DNA of 34,175 bases from contig DOZU01000239.1 of NCBI GenBank assembly GCA_003517845.1, positions 1 through 34,175 on the forward strand. Direction: 5' to 3'. Position 1 is the first letter of the stretch. Each line of letters starts with the position of its first letter. Below are positions 8,017 through 14,485 of this stretch, piece after piece. The notes under the pieces are model-generated. The model made no database searches. It saw nothing but the letters and a program-made list of their open reading frames with translations, and was not told the origin of the DNA. The translations under genes and the position numbers were made by a program. Source of the stretch: Clostridiales bacterium (GTDB lineage Bacteria > Bacillota > Sulfobacillia > UBA995).

Positions 8017-8382
8017 TCAGAAAGGCATCCCGTCGTCGCCATCCTCCCCGCCCACGTCCGGGACCCGGACGTGGGCGAGTTCTTCGAGCATGACGCCCGG
8101 GACTTCCGTCCAGCCCGACCCCGAAGCGTCGCGCTGGCGGACGGTGGTGAGCGACCCGGACACGAAGACCGTGTCGCCCTCTTGGAGTCCCGTACCAGCG
8201 CACTTTTCCGCGCGCTGGTAAAACGCCACGGCGGGCAGCCGAGGCGCCTTGCCACGGGCGCCAGGCGCCGGCGCGACCTCGAGGATCGCCCGGAACACGG
8301 GCATGGGGTCGCGGCCATCGCGAGCGACGGTCTGGGACTCGGGCGGAGCGGCAACTTTGGCCCAGCCCACGATCTTTAACAT
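8017..8382 (-). CDS. ssb: Single-stranded DNA-binding protein (possible independent product from an internal start)
   Basis: ATG 8382 is preceded by GAAGGAGG at 7-8 nt, inside the primase frame. OB-like body (MLKIVGWAKV...AVAFYQRAEKCAGTGLQEGDTVFVSGSL). Acidic C-terminal tip GGEDGDDGMPF resembles the canonical SSB DDDIPF. Confidence 0.65.
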   Translation of the reverse strand: MLKIVGWAKVAAPPESQTVARDGRDPMPVFRAILEVAPAPGARGKAPRLPAVAFYQRAEKCAGTGLQEGDTVFVSGSLTTVRQRDASGSGWTEVPGVMLEELAHVRVPDVGGEDGDDGMPF

Positions 8383-9405
8383 GGCGCAATCCTCCTTCAG
8401 GCGCACCCTCCAGGCGAAGGGCGCCAAAACCGCCGGACGGCCGCCGGAGCGCAAGAGGTCGTCAAGACCTTTGCCGCTATCGAGCGGCCAGTCGGCCACC
8501 GAGACATCAAGTCCCCGGAGTTCAAGCTCCCCAACCAGCCCCAAGGCGCACGCGCGCACCTGCGGGTTGGTCTGGAGGTCGGCGTCAAAGGCTACGACTA
8601 CGTAACGCCGGGGACGCTCGGCCACGGCCTGCAGCACCTGGTGCATACAGGTCGTAACGCCGGGGACGGCAATCACGGACACGCCGAGCCGCCAGGCGGC
8701 GTAATCGGCTTTGAGGGGGCCTTCGGTGATCCAGAGGGTCCCATCAAGGCCAGAGCCCGCCGGACAGGCCCAGTGCAGCCGCGCGGCAGCGCCGGCGCCG
8801 CCTTGACGGCGGCTTGACAGCCAGAGGTACCGGCTGCCACCGGCCTTGGGATTGTCCAGCCGGACCTGCAGGCCGCAGATGCGGCCGGCCTCGTCCCGTA
8901 CGGGGACCAAAAGGCCCGGCGGACCAACTACGGTCCAGCCGCCGCGGCGCAGGGCCAGGCCCGGCACGCGGCTTGCCTGGCCTTGGCCGACCGCTTGAGC
9001 GGCGGCCCGGCCGGCATCCTCCCGCAGCAGATCGGAACTCGCGGGCAGGCTCCGGTACAGGCCGTGCTCGACGAGGTCGGAACTGAAATCGCGCGCGTCG
9101 ATCAGGTGGGCGCGGTGGTGCCCCGAAAGTACCAGCCGGGCGAGCATGGCCCGGTAAGCCCGATCAAGGGCTTCCGGGGGGAGGGGCCGGGGCTTGCCTT
9201 TGTCGGCGGGCCCCGACAAGGACCGCATGATCGGAGCCGAGAGCGCCGTCTCGATCAGGCGACCGGCGCGGCCGCACCGAAAGCAGTGCCAGAGCCGGCG
9301 CTCCCGGTTTACATACAGATGCCGGCGGCGGTCGCCGCAGTGCGGGCAGTTCGCCCGGCACTCGCCGCCACCGGCAGGTCTCAGGTCGAGTTCGGCCGGG
9401 TTCAC
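8017..9405 (-). CDS. DNA primase (Zn-ribbon + TOPRIM) continuing in frame, without a stop, into an SSB domain
   Basis: GTG 9405 overlaps the upstream stop (GTGA). Zn-ribbon CPHCGDRRRHLYVNRERRLWHCFRCG. TOPRIM LWITEGPLKAD...VVVAFDADLQ. GKGLDDLL motif. The frame stays open through ...RLKEDCAMLKIVGW... to the SSB tail DDGMPF*. Confidence 0.8.
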   Translation of the reverse strand: MNPAELDLRPAGGGECRANCPHCGDRRRHLYVNRERRLWHCFRCGRAGRLIETALSAPIMRSLSGPADKGKPRPLPPEALDRAYRAMLARLVLSGHHRAHLIDARDFSSDLVEHGLYRSLPASSDLLREDAGRAAAQAVGQGQASRVPGLALRRGGWTVVGPPGLLVPVRDEAGRICGLQVRLDNPKAGGSRYLWLSSRRQGGAGAAARLHWACPAGSGLDGTLWITEGPLKADYAAWRLGVSVIAVPGVTTCMHQVLQAVAERPRRYVVVAFDADLQTNPQVRACALGLVGELELRGLDVSVADWPLDSGKGLDDLLRSGGRPAVLAPFAWRVRLKEDCAMLKIVGWAKVAAPPESQTVARDGRDPMPVFRAILEVAPAPGARGKAPRLPAVAFYQRAEKCAGTGLQEGDTVFVSGSLTTVRQRDASGSGWTEVPGVMLEELAHVRVPDVGGEDGDDGMPF

Positions 9406-10532
9406 TGGCCGTTGACGGGGACAACCTCCGTCACGGCCAGATGGCCGGTCCGGGCGGTCAGGAGACCGCGGGCGGACACCCGCGCGCCTTTCTCGAGCGC
9501 AAGGATCTGCGCTCGAACAGCGTCGTCGCCCAGGCGACTCCACAGCACGGCCCGCTCGCCGGCACCCAAGACGCCGTCTGCCGCATCAACCGCGCAGACG
9601 GGGACTCGGGCGGTCTTGCCGCGGGAGTCCGCCCGCTCTTCGGGGGCAGCTACGACGGCAAAGGTCCCCGCAAACACACGCGGGGGCGGGAGCTGGTCAG
9701 CCCCGGCACCGGTCTTTTCCGGGACCGGGACCGCGGTCGGGTCCGGGGCAGGAAGGGCCTCCGGCTGCGGAGCGGCAAGTTCTGTAGCCCTCTTGGCGGG
9801 CGCCGAGCGCCGGGCCGGCTTTTCGGCCAGCTCGGAAGGCGGGGGAGTCGTCCCCGCGCCCACGCTCGCGCCGTCGCCGTCGACGAACGTGAGTTCTTCC
9901 ACGCTCGTCAACCCCAGCGCGTACGCGAGCCGTATTGCACGGTTCGCGGCGCGGGTACGCGCCATCGCCCGCACGTCCTTCCATGTCGGGCGTTTCAGCC
10001 CGACATCATCAAACGAGGCTTCGCCGAACTCGACGAAGCCCCCGCAAGTGGGGGACTTCTTGAGTTCGGCGCGCCAGCAGGACCATCCGGTCCCGGGCTG
10101 CACCCGGGGCCGGAAGACGTTGCCTTCCTGCGCCCACTGGATGCGCCCTTGCGCATCCAGCAAGTACTCGGGGAGGCCCTCCTGATGGAGGGCCAAATGG
10201 ATTCCGTGGGCCTGGCGGTCTTCCGCCAGGCGCCGCAGGCCCCCGGAGGAAACATAAGGCTTTCCTCCGAGGACCAACAGGTCGCCGAGGAAGGGGTCCA
10301 GGCCATACGCCACAGCCGCGTAGGCCAGGTGCCTCTGGTCCTCCGGCGACAGGTCCTTGGGCCAGAGGGACATCCGGGCCCCGCGCTCCAAAAGCTCGCG
10401 GAGCTGGGACTCCGGCACCAACGGTTCTTTGTTGGGGGCGGGGGCAGGCCGAACAGCCACAGCTCGCACCTCCCGGCGGCGGCCAAGGCCGCCACGAAAC
10501 ACAGCCGCGGCTTGTGATCCGCGGCGAGACAA
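9402..10532 (-). CDS. RecT/Bet-like single-strand annealing protein with a C-terminal OB-fold-like extension
   Basis: YGLDPFLGDLLVLGGKPYVSSGGLRRLA and AMARTRAANRAIRLAY resemble phage RecT/Bet recombinases. The last ~110 aa (FAGTFAVVAAPEE...VSARGLLTARTGHLAVTEVVPV) look like a separate beta-rich domain. The start is uncertain: TTG 10532 behind GGAGGGAGG, or an internal GTG behind GGGAGGTG. Confidence 0.6.
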   Translation of the reverse strand: MSRRGSQAAAVFRGGLGRRREVRAVAVRPAPAPNKEPLVPESQLRELLERGARMSLWPKDLSPEDQRHLAYAAVAYGLDPFLGDLLVLGGKPYVSSGGLRRLAEDRQAHGIHLALHQEGLPEYLLDAQGRIQWAQEGNVFRPRVQPGTGWSCWRAELKKSPTCGGFVEFGEASFDDVGLKRPTWKDVRAMARTRAANRAIRLAYALGLTSVEELTFVDGDGASVGAGTTPPPSELAEKPARRSAPAKRATELAAPQPEALPAPDPTAVPVPEKTGAGADQLPPPRVFAGTFAVVAAPEERADSRGKTARVPVCAVDAADGVLGAGERAVLWSRLGDDAVRAQILALEKGARVSARGLLTARTGHLAVTEVVPVNGQ

Positions 10533-10545
10533 GACACGAAACCTC

Positions 10546-10704
10546 CCTCCCGCGCCCCTGAGGGGCGCTTGATATTGCCCCTCGGGAAAAGGCGCGGGAG
10601 CACCGCGCGGGTTTTCCGGGGGGCCCTGTTGGAAGCTGACACAGGACCGGGATAAAGACCCCCGGAAACCCGCGCGCCAGCATACAACGGCTTATGGCAC
10701 GCGG
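10546..10704 (-). promoter_or_regulatory. Conserved structured 5' leader / regulatory RNA element, copy A (upstream of the replication-recombination operon)
   Basis: About 96% identical by eye to 19471..19628, in the same orientation. RNA sense contains a ~17-bp outer helix GCGCGGGUUUCCGGGGG / CCCCCGGAAAACCCGCGC, an inner CCUGU...ACAGG hairpin, and a 3' helix CUCCCGCGCC / GGCGCGGGAG that includes the SD. Confidence 0.55.
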
Positions 10705-10733
10705 AGAAAAGGGGACCCCGGCAGGGGTCCCCC
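10704..10733 (-). terminator. Intrinsic terminator
   Basis: RNA sense GGGGACCCC-UGCC-GGGGUCCCC followed by UUUUCUCC. Lies 27 nt after the stop at 10760. Confidence 0.75.
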
Positions 10734-10759
10734 GCACTTCAATCGTACGTACTGCGGCC

Positions 10760-10996
10760 TTACGCTCTAAGCAGGTACGATGCGGATGCGAGCGCTGGAG
10801 GCGCATCGCTACTCTGCTCGTACACCCCCAGGGCCTTGCGCTCTAGATGGGCGGTATCCGCCCACGCAGGCCCAGCGTAGAGGTATTCGGAGAGGTTCGC
10901 GGTCTCCTCCGCGTAAGTTCTAAACCCCGACGGGGAGAACGCGAAAAAGACGCGGCCGCCTTTACGCTCGACGAACTTATGCAGCAGTTGCTGCAC
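10760..10996 (-). CDS. Hypothetical protein (78 aa)
   Basis: GTG 10996 lies 8 nt behind GGGAGG. Composition is ordinary (VQQLLHKFVERKGGRVFFAFSPSGFRTYAEETANLSEYLYAG...). Bracketed by two terminators. Confidence 0.5.
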   Translation of the reverse strand: MQQLLHKFVERKGGRVFFAFSPSGFRTYAEETANLSEYLYAGPAWADTAHLERKALGVYEQSSDAPPALASASYLLRA

Positions 10997-11013
10997 AGAA
11001 CTCGCCTCCCTTC

Positions 11014-11055
11014 AAGATATAAGGCCCGCCCAAAGTTGGGCGGGCCTTATATCTT
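11014..11055 (-). terminator. Strong, potentially bidirectional intrinsic terminator
   Basis: Perfect 18-bp inverted repeat AAGATATAAGGCCCGCCC / GGGCGGGCCTTATATCTT with a 6-nt loop. GC-rich stem top and A/U-rich base give a U-rich tail in either orientation. The hairpin's 3'-most base (11055, plus-strand coordinates) is the last base of the stop codon 11055-11057 of the upstream gene. Confidence 0.8.
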
Positions 11056-11441
11056 CAGGACACATGACGCCGCCGGCGCGCGGTGTCGCGGACGGCCGCA
11101 AGGTCGAGAATCTCTGCGACCTCGAAGCCGCCGCCTTCGGCGGGCCGCAGGCGGAGGCACGAAGGAAAATACCCGGCCCGCCCGTGGACCTCAGCGAGTA
11201 CCGCGGCGGCGACAGCGCTCAACGAGGGCGGGTTGAGGAGAAACAGGTTCTGCTGCCAGTCGGCCGGCGTGAAGCCGACGGCATCGACCAGATCGACCAC
11301 CTGAGCCGTGAGCGGCTGCTGGTGGTCGATCTGGCAGGACACGCCAATGATCTTCTTCAGTGGGCGCTGGAGAAGATCGGACACCCGCGCTTGCTGCGCG
11401 GGGGTCAAGGGGTGGGCAAAATTGATTACGATTGCTTGCAC
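11055..11441 (-). CDS. Hypothetical protein (128 aa)
   Basis: Lies within ORF 11055..11543. Start moved to GTG 11441 behind GAGGAG. Product VQAIVINFAHPLTPAQQARVSDLLQRPLKKIIGVSCQIDHQQPL... has normal composition. No family recognised with confidence. Confidence 0.6.
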   Translation of the reverse strand: MQAIVINFAHPLTPAQQARVSDLLQRPLKKIIGVSCQIDHQQPLTAQVVDLVDAVGFTPADWQQNLFLLNPPSLSAVAAAVLAEVHGRAGYFPSCLRLRPAEGGGFEVAEILDLAAVRDTARRRRHVS

Positions 11442-12223
11442 TTGGGCCTCTCCTCGCTTCCTCGTTCCTTCGGACAACAGGGTTCGCAGAGCGGGGGGCT
11501 CTGGACCCGGAAACACGCCTCGCCGCGGCCGCGGTAGGCGCACCCGTAGATTTCGGCGATCTTCAGGATCGCCCGGGCGAACCGGAGAAGACCCTCGCCA
11601 TACAGGCCTTCTCGAAGGGGCAGGGCGAGCTGGCTTTCGCGAAGCTCAAGCCCGGCCGCATGAGCCGCGGTGAGCGCGTCGATGACGCGCTGAGAACGAC
11701 TCTCGCGAGGGAGGCGGCCTTCCAGGTCGGCATCGAAGGCCCGCATGAGGGTGTGGCCCTCGTCGGAGAGGGCCCACCGGTCCTCTTCGCGACGAAGGAC
11801 TATCACCAGGTGGTCTCCGTCGTCAAACATGAAGGGCGTCAGCACCCGGTAACGCGCCGCGCCTTCCGCGACGAGAGCGACCTCGGGACACGCGCGACAG
11901 AAATCCGCGGTGAGGGCGCTGACGTGGTCTTCCCTGGGCAGGAGCCCCGCCGCGCAGAAGGCCGCGACCCTCGGGTCGTCGTCGTGGTCACCGCGGGTCC
12001 AGGCCTCGAGCAGCGGCTCGCCTATGGCGTCCGCCGACCAGGCGGGATGCACGACGAACCTCACGTAATCCCACGGAAGAAGGCTCCGCGGGACTTGGAG
12101 AAGCCGGCGCAGATTGCGGGCGGCTTCTTCGCCTGCCTCGCCCGCGAGTTCCCGCGCGCGAACTTGCTGCTCGGGGGTGAGTTCAGCGTACGGGACGCTG
12201 AGCAATCGACTCCCGCAGTCCAT
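11426..12223 (-). CDS. Hypothetical protein, paralog of 12571..13344 (possibly DUF1828-like)
   Basis: ATG 12223 lies behind GGGGGAGGAAAG. Shares GAARYRVLTPF..DGDHLVIVLRREEDRWALSDEGHTL and LPLREGLYGEGLLRFARAILKIAEIYG with the neighbouring gene. Confidence 0.7.
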   Translation of the reverse strand: MDCGSRLLSVPYAELTPEQQVRARELAGEAGEEAARNLRRLLQVPRSLLPWDYVRFVVHPAWSADAIGEPLLEAWTRGDHDDDPRVAAFCAAGLLPREDHVSALTADFCRACPEVALVAEGAARYRVLTPFMFDDGDHLVIVLRREEDRWALSDEGHTLMRAFDADLEGRLPRESRSQRVIDALTAAHAAGLELRESQLALPLREGLYGEGLLRFARAILKIAEIYGCAYRGRGEACFRVQSPPLCEPCCPKERGSEERPKCKQS

Positions 12224-12381
12224 CTTTCCTCCCCCTTTGCCGGTCAGGCTCCGGAAAGACGAGCCTGACCGAGACAACGCCGCCCCGTACACGCGAGCGC
12301 GGGGCGCAGTGGACAAGCCAACGAAAAGACGAGGGCAGAGGCAAGGCCGCGCAAGCGACCGTTGCCTTTGATCGAACGGCC

Positions 12382-12531
12382 TCATTCGCGGAGCCGGCAG
12401 CGAGCCAGCTCGGCGGCCCACCAGCTAAGCGCCCAGCCGATATAGGCCAGGCACGCGCGCAGGGGACACCGCCGGCGGAGGAGGCCGACCCGCGGGCAAC
12501 TCACACAAGGACTTTCGCGCCAGGTCGGCAC
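12382..12531 (-). CDS. Possible 49-aa Cys-rich mini-protein
   Basis: GTG 12531 lies 8 nt behind GGAAGGAGG. Product VPTWRESPCVSCPRVGLLRRRCPLRACLAYIGWALSWWAAELARCRLRE*. Codons mostly end in G/C. Below the ORF-track size cutoff. Confidence 0.35.
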   Translation of the reverse strand: MPTWRESPCVSCPRVGLLRRRCPLRACLAYIGWALSWWAAELARCRLRE

Positions 12532-12570
12532 GGGAGTTTCCTCCTTCCCTCCTGGGGCCCCGGCCCGCCC

Positions 12571-13344
12571 TCAACCCGGGCAGGACTCCTCGCCCTCGCA
12601 CTCGCAGTGGCGGGGGCGGGGGGAGTCCGCCAGGTCGTCGCGGTGGACGGGTGTGCGGCAGACGGTACATAGGGCGTACTGCGCCGCACAGCGCCAGCAA
12701 ACAGCGCGGACGACAGCGCCGGCGTCGTCGGAGTGCCACCAGAACAGACTGCGGGGTCGAAGCGCCCCGCAGTGATCGCACCGTCGGAATTGCCGGACGC
12801 ACTCTCCGCAGATTTGCACTTCGAAGATGGTGCTCCCCGACCAAAATGGCCCGGGACCTGCGGTCGAGGTGCCACATCGGCCGCAGGTGACACGAGTAGA
12901 AGCGTCGACGGCTCGGAGAGAGCGGGATTCGCACGGGTCGCCCGGCAAGCCCTTCGGCTGCCGCGGACTTCCGCCGAAGCTCTCGGCTATCTGCAGCAGC
13001 GCCTCGGCGAAGCACAGAAGGCTTTCCCCGTATCTGCCGTCCCGGATCGGGAGGACGAACTCCGTGCCCCGCAGCTCAATCGAGGCGGCCTCGGCCAGGG
13101 TGAATGCATAGATGAGGCGCTCCGGGAGGACGCGGGTCTCCCGGTCGAAAAGGCCCGCGAGGGTACGGCCTTCGTCGGAAAGATACCATCCGCCGGTCTC
13201 CTCGCCATGGAGGACAATCGGCGGGAAATCGCCGCCGTCTGCCGAAGAAGCGCGGACGCGGTAACGCCCGGCTCCTTCCTCGGTGAGGCCCACGCCGCCA
13301 CACACCTTATAGAACTCGAAGGCGACGGTCTCAATCGCCGGCAT
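12571..13344 (-). CDS. Hypothetical protein: N-terminal domain paralogous to 11426..12223, fused to a C-terminal multi-CxxC zinc-ribbon module
   Basis: ATG 13344 lies behind AGAGGAG. Motifs GAGRYRVRASS..GGDFPPIVLHGEETGGWYLSDEGRTL and LPIRDGRYGESLLCFAEALLQIAESFG. C-terminal CGRC...CGEC...CDHCG...CWRC...CTVC. Confidence 0.7.
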   Translation of the reverse strand: MPAIETVAFEFYKVCGGVGLTEEGAGRYRVRASSADGGDFPPIVLHGEETGGWYLSDEGRTLAGLFDRETRVLPERLIYAFTLAEAASIELRGTEFVLPIRDGRYGESLLCFAEALLQIAESFGGSPRQPKGLPGDPCESRSLRAVDASTRVTCGRCGTSTAGPGPFWSGSTIFEVQICGECVRQFRRCDHCGALRPRSLFWWHSDDAGAVVRAVCWRCAAQYALCTVCRTPVHRDDLADSPRPRHCECEGEESCPG

Positions 13345-13822
13345 CGGCTATGCTCCTCTCTGCCGGTCTAAGGCCGTACCGGCCCAGAAGCCAGGGCGGC
13401 AGGCTCGCAAACGGCAGCACCACCCGGGTCACGCCCGGGAACCAGTAAAACGGGCAGGCGTGGGCGCCTGGGGCGAAGTCGGCCGGGTCCTCTGTGTGAA
13501 GGACGACGGACCGCCGGGCGGCAAGCGCAGCGCCGAACTCCGTGTGGGTGCCGCGAAGACCGGGCAGCAACACAACCACCAGGTCGGCACTCACGGCGGC
13601 GTTCAGTTCCCGGGCGGCAATCCAGCCCGGGCTGCGCGCAACCGCCTCCGAATGGAGGCAGCAGGTCGTCGCAGTCCAGTCATAGGTGTGCCGCCAGCCC
13701 TGGTCGGTCAGGGCGCGGGCCAGCTCGGCAACGCGGGGGGCGTTGCCGTACCCGGACGCGATGTAAAAGCTTGGTCCGGGGGGGAGGCTTCTCGGGGTCG
13801 ATGGCGCCGCAATCATGGGCAA
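13331..13822 (-). CDS. Nucleoside 2-deoxyribosyltransferase-like (NDT/Rcl-fold) protein
   Basis: TTG 13822 lies 6 nt behind GGAGGTG. FYIASGYGN...ELNAAVSADLVVVLLPGLRGTHTEFGAALAARRSVVL fits the flavodoxin-like NDT pattern, with the conserved Glu in G-T-x-T-E-F-G. Confidence 0.6.
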   Translation of the reverse strand: MPMIAAPSTPRSLPPGPSFYIASGYGNAPRVAELARALTDQGWRHTYDWTATTCCLHSEAVARSPGWIAARELNAAVSADLVVVLLPGLRGTHTEFGAALAARRSVVLHTEDPADFAPGAHACPFYWFPGVTRVVLPFASLPPWLLGRYGLRPAERSIADAGD

Positions 13823-13900
13823 ACACTACACCTCCTGCTGTCTTGCGCGAAAACACCGCCTCGCGCGACGACGAAAGCCGGCGGGGCGCCAAGGGCCTGA

Positions 13901-13947
13901 CCAACAGAAAGACGAAGGTAGAAGCAGGGCCGCCGAAGCGGTCCTGC
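13901..13947 (-). terminator. Terminator-like hairpin (UUCG loop) plus U-rich tail
   Basis: RNA sense GCAGGACCGC-UUCG-GCGGCCCUGC followed by UUCUACCUUCGUCUUUCUGUUGG. Lies in the 160-nt spacer after the stop at 13983. Confidence 0.45.
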
Positions 13948-13982
13948 CCCACGCGAGCGCCGGTCGGGCAATAATGCCCGAA

Positions 13983-14312
13983 CTAGTCCTCAGCCTCCGC
14001 GTCCGGCCGGCAGCCGGGATGGTAATGGGCGCCGGCGACCTGCTCAGCCTCATCGCGGCGCAGGAGCGTCTCGCAACCCGCCGCGCAGTCGCAATACTGG
14101 CTATAGCAGGCCCCGCAGAGGGCATGGGGCTCATCATCTGACTCCCACGCGGCATCGCGAAGGAGGAGCCTCTTTCCGCAATCTTCGCACTCGCCGTATC
14201 GGTCAGCCCAACAGTCTTCACAAATTGGGCCTCCCTGTAAATTGAACCGCGGTTCGAGAGATGTGGCGGGTCTGCCACAGTCCGCGCAGCGAACTGCTGC
14301 CGGCATCTCCAC
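13983..14312 (-). CDS. Multi-CxxC zinc-ribbon protein (109 aa), homologous to the C-terminal module of 12571..13344
   Basis: GTG 14312 lies 6 nt behind AAGGAG. ICEDCWADRYGECEDCGKRLL...SDDEPHALCGACYSQYCDCAAGC aligns with ICGECVRQFRRCDHCGALRP...SDDAGAVVRAVCWRCAAQYALCTVC. Confidence 0.65.
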   Translation of the reverse strand: MEMPAAVRCADCGRPATSLEPRFNLQGGPICEDCWADRYGECEDCGKRLLLRDAAWESDDEPHALCGACYSQYCDCAAGCETLLRRDEAEQVAGAHYHPGCRPDAEAED

Positions 14313-14429
14313 TGTGATCTCCTTTCTGCCGGGACTTGCTGCTCCCAGCGGAACCGGGGCGGGCTCTAAGGCCTCCCCGCCGAGAACTCCGCCCCGAACG
14401 GAAGCGGGGCGCATCGGACAAACCAACGC

Positions 14430-14485
14430 ATAAAGAAGGGAAAGGCAGAGGCAAGGCCGCCGGGTTGCACGGCCTTGCCTCTGCC
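14430..14485 (-). terminator. Intrinsic terminator-like element inside the operon
   Basis: Perfect 16-bp stem GGCAGAGGCAAGGCCG / CGGCCUUGCCUCUGCC with a 10-nt loop, followed by UUUCCCUUCUUUAU. Starts 11 nt after the VWA gene stop at 14496. Confidence 0.65.

Noticed and set aside
10546-10704. Partial resemblance of the leader to known riboswitches: CCGAGGGGCAA / CUCAGG versus the glycine riboswitch, and GGGUUUCCGG / GGUCCUGUG versus ykkC guanidine-I.
   Set aside because: Only short fragments match. The obligatory conserved cores (GGAGAG and GGAC for glycine; GGUCCGAGAG and ACACGG...AAAAGCCCGGGAGA for ykkC) are absent. I treat the element as unclassified, not as a member of these families.
10660-10704. 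A possible sigma-70 promoter inside the 5' part of the repeated leader (-10-like TATGCT in CCGTTGTATGCTGG).
   Set aside because: No acceptable -35 hexamer lies at 16-18 nt in either copy, and the TG is not correctly spaced for an extended -10. The evidence cannot support a promoter call.
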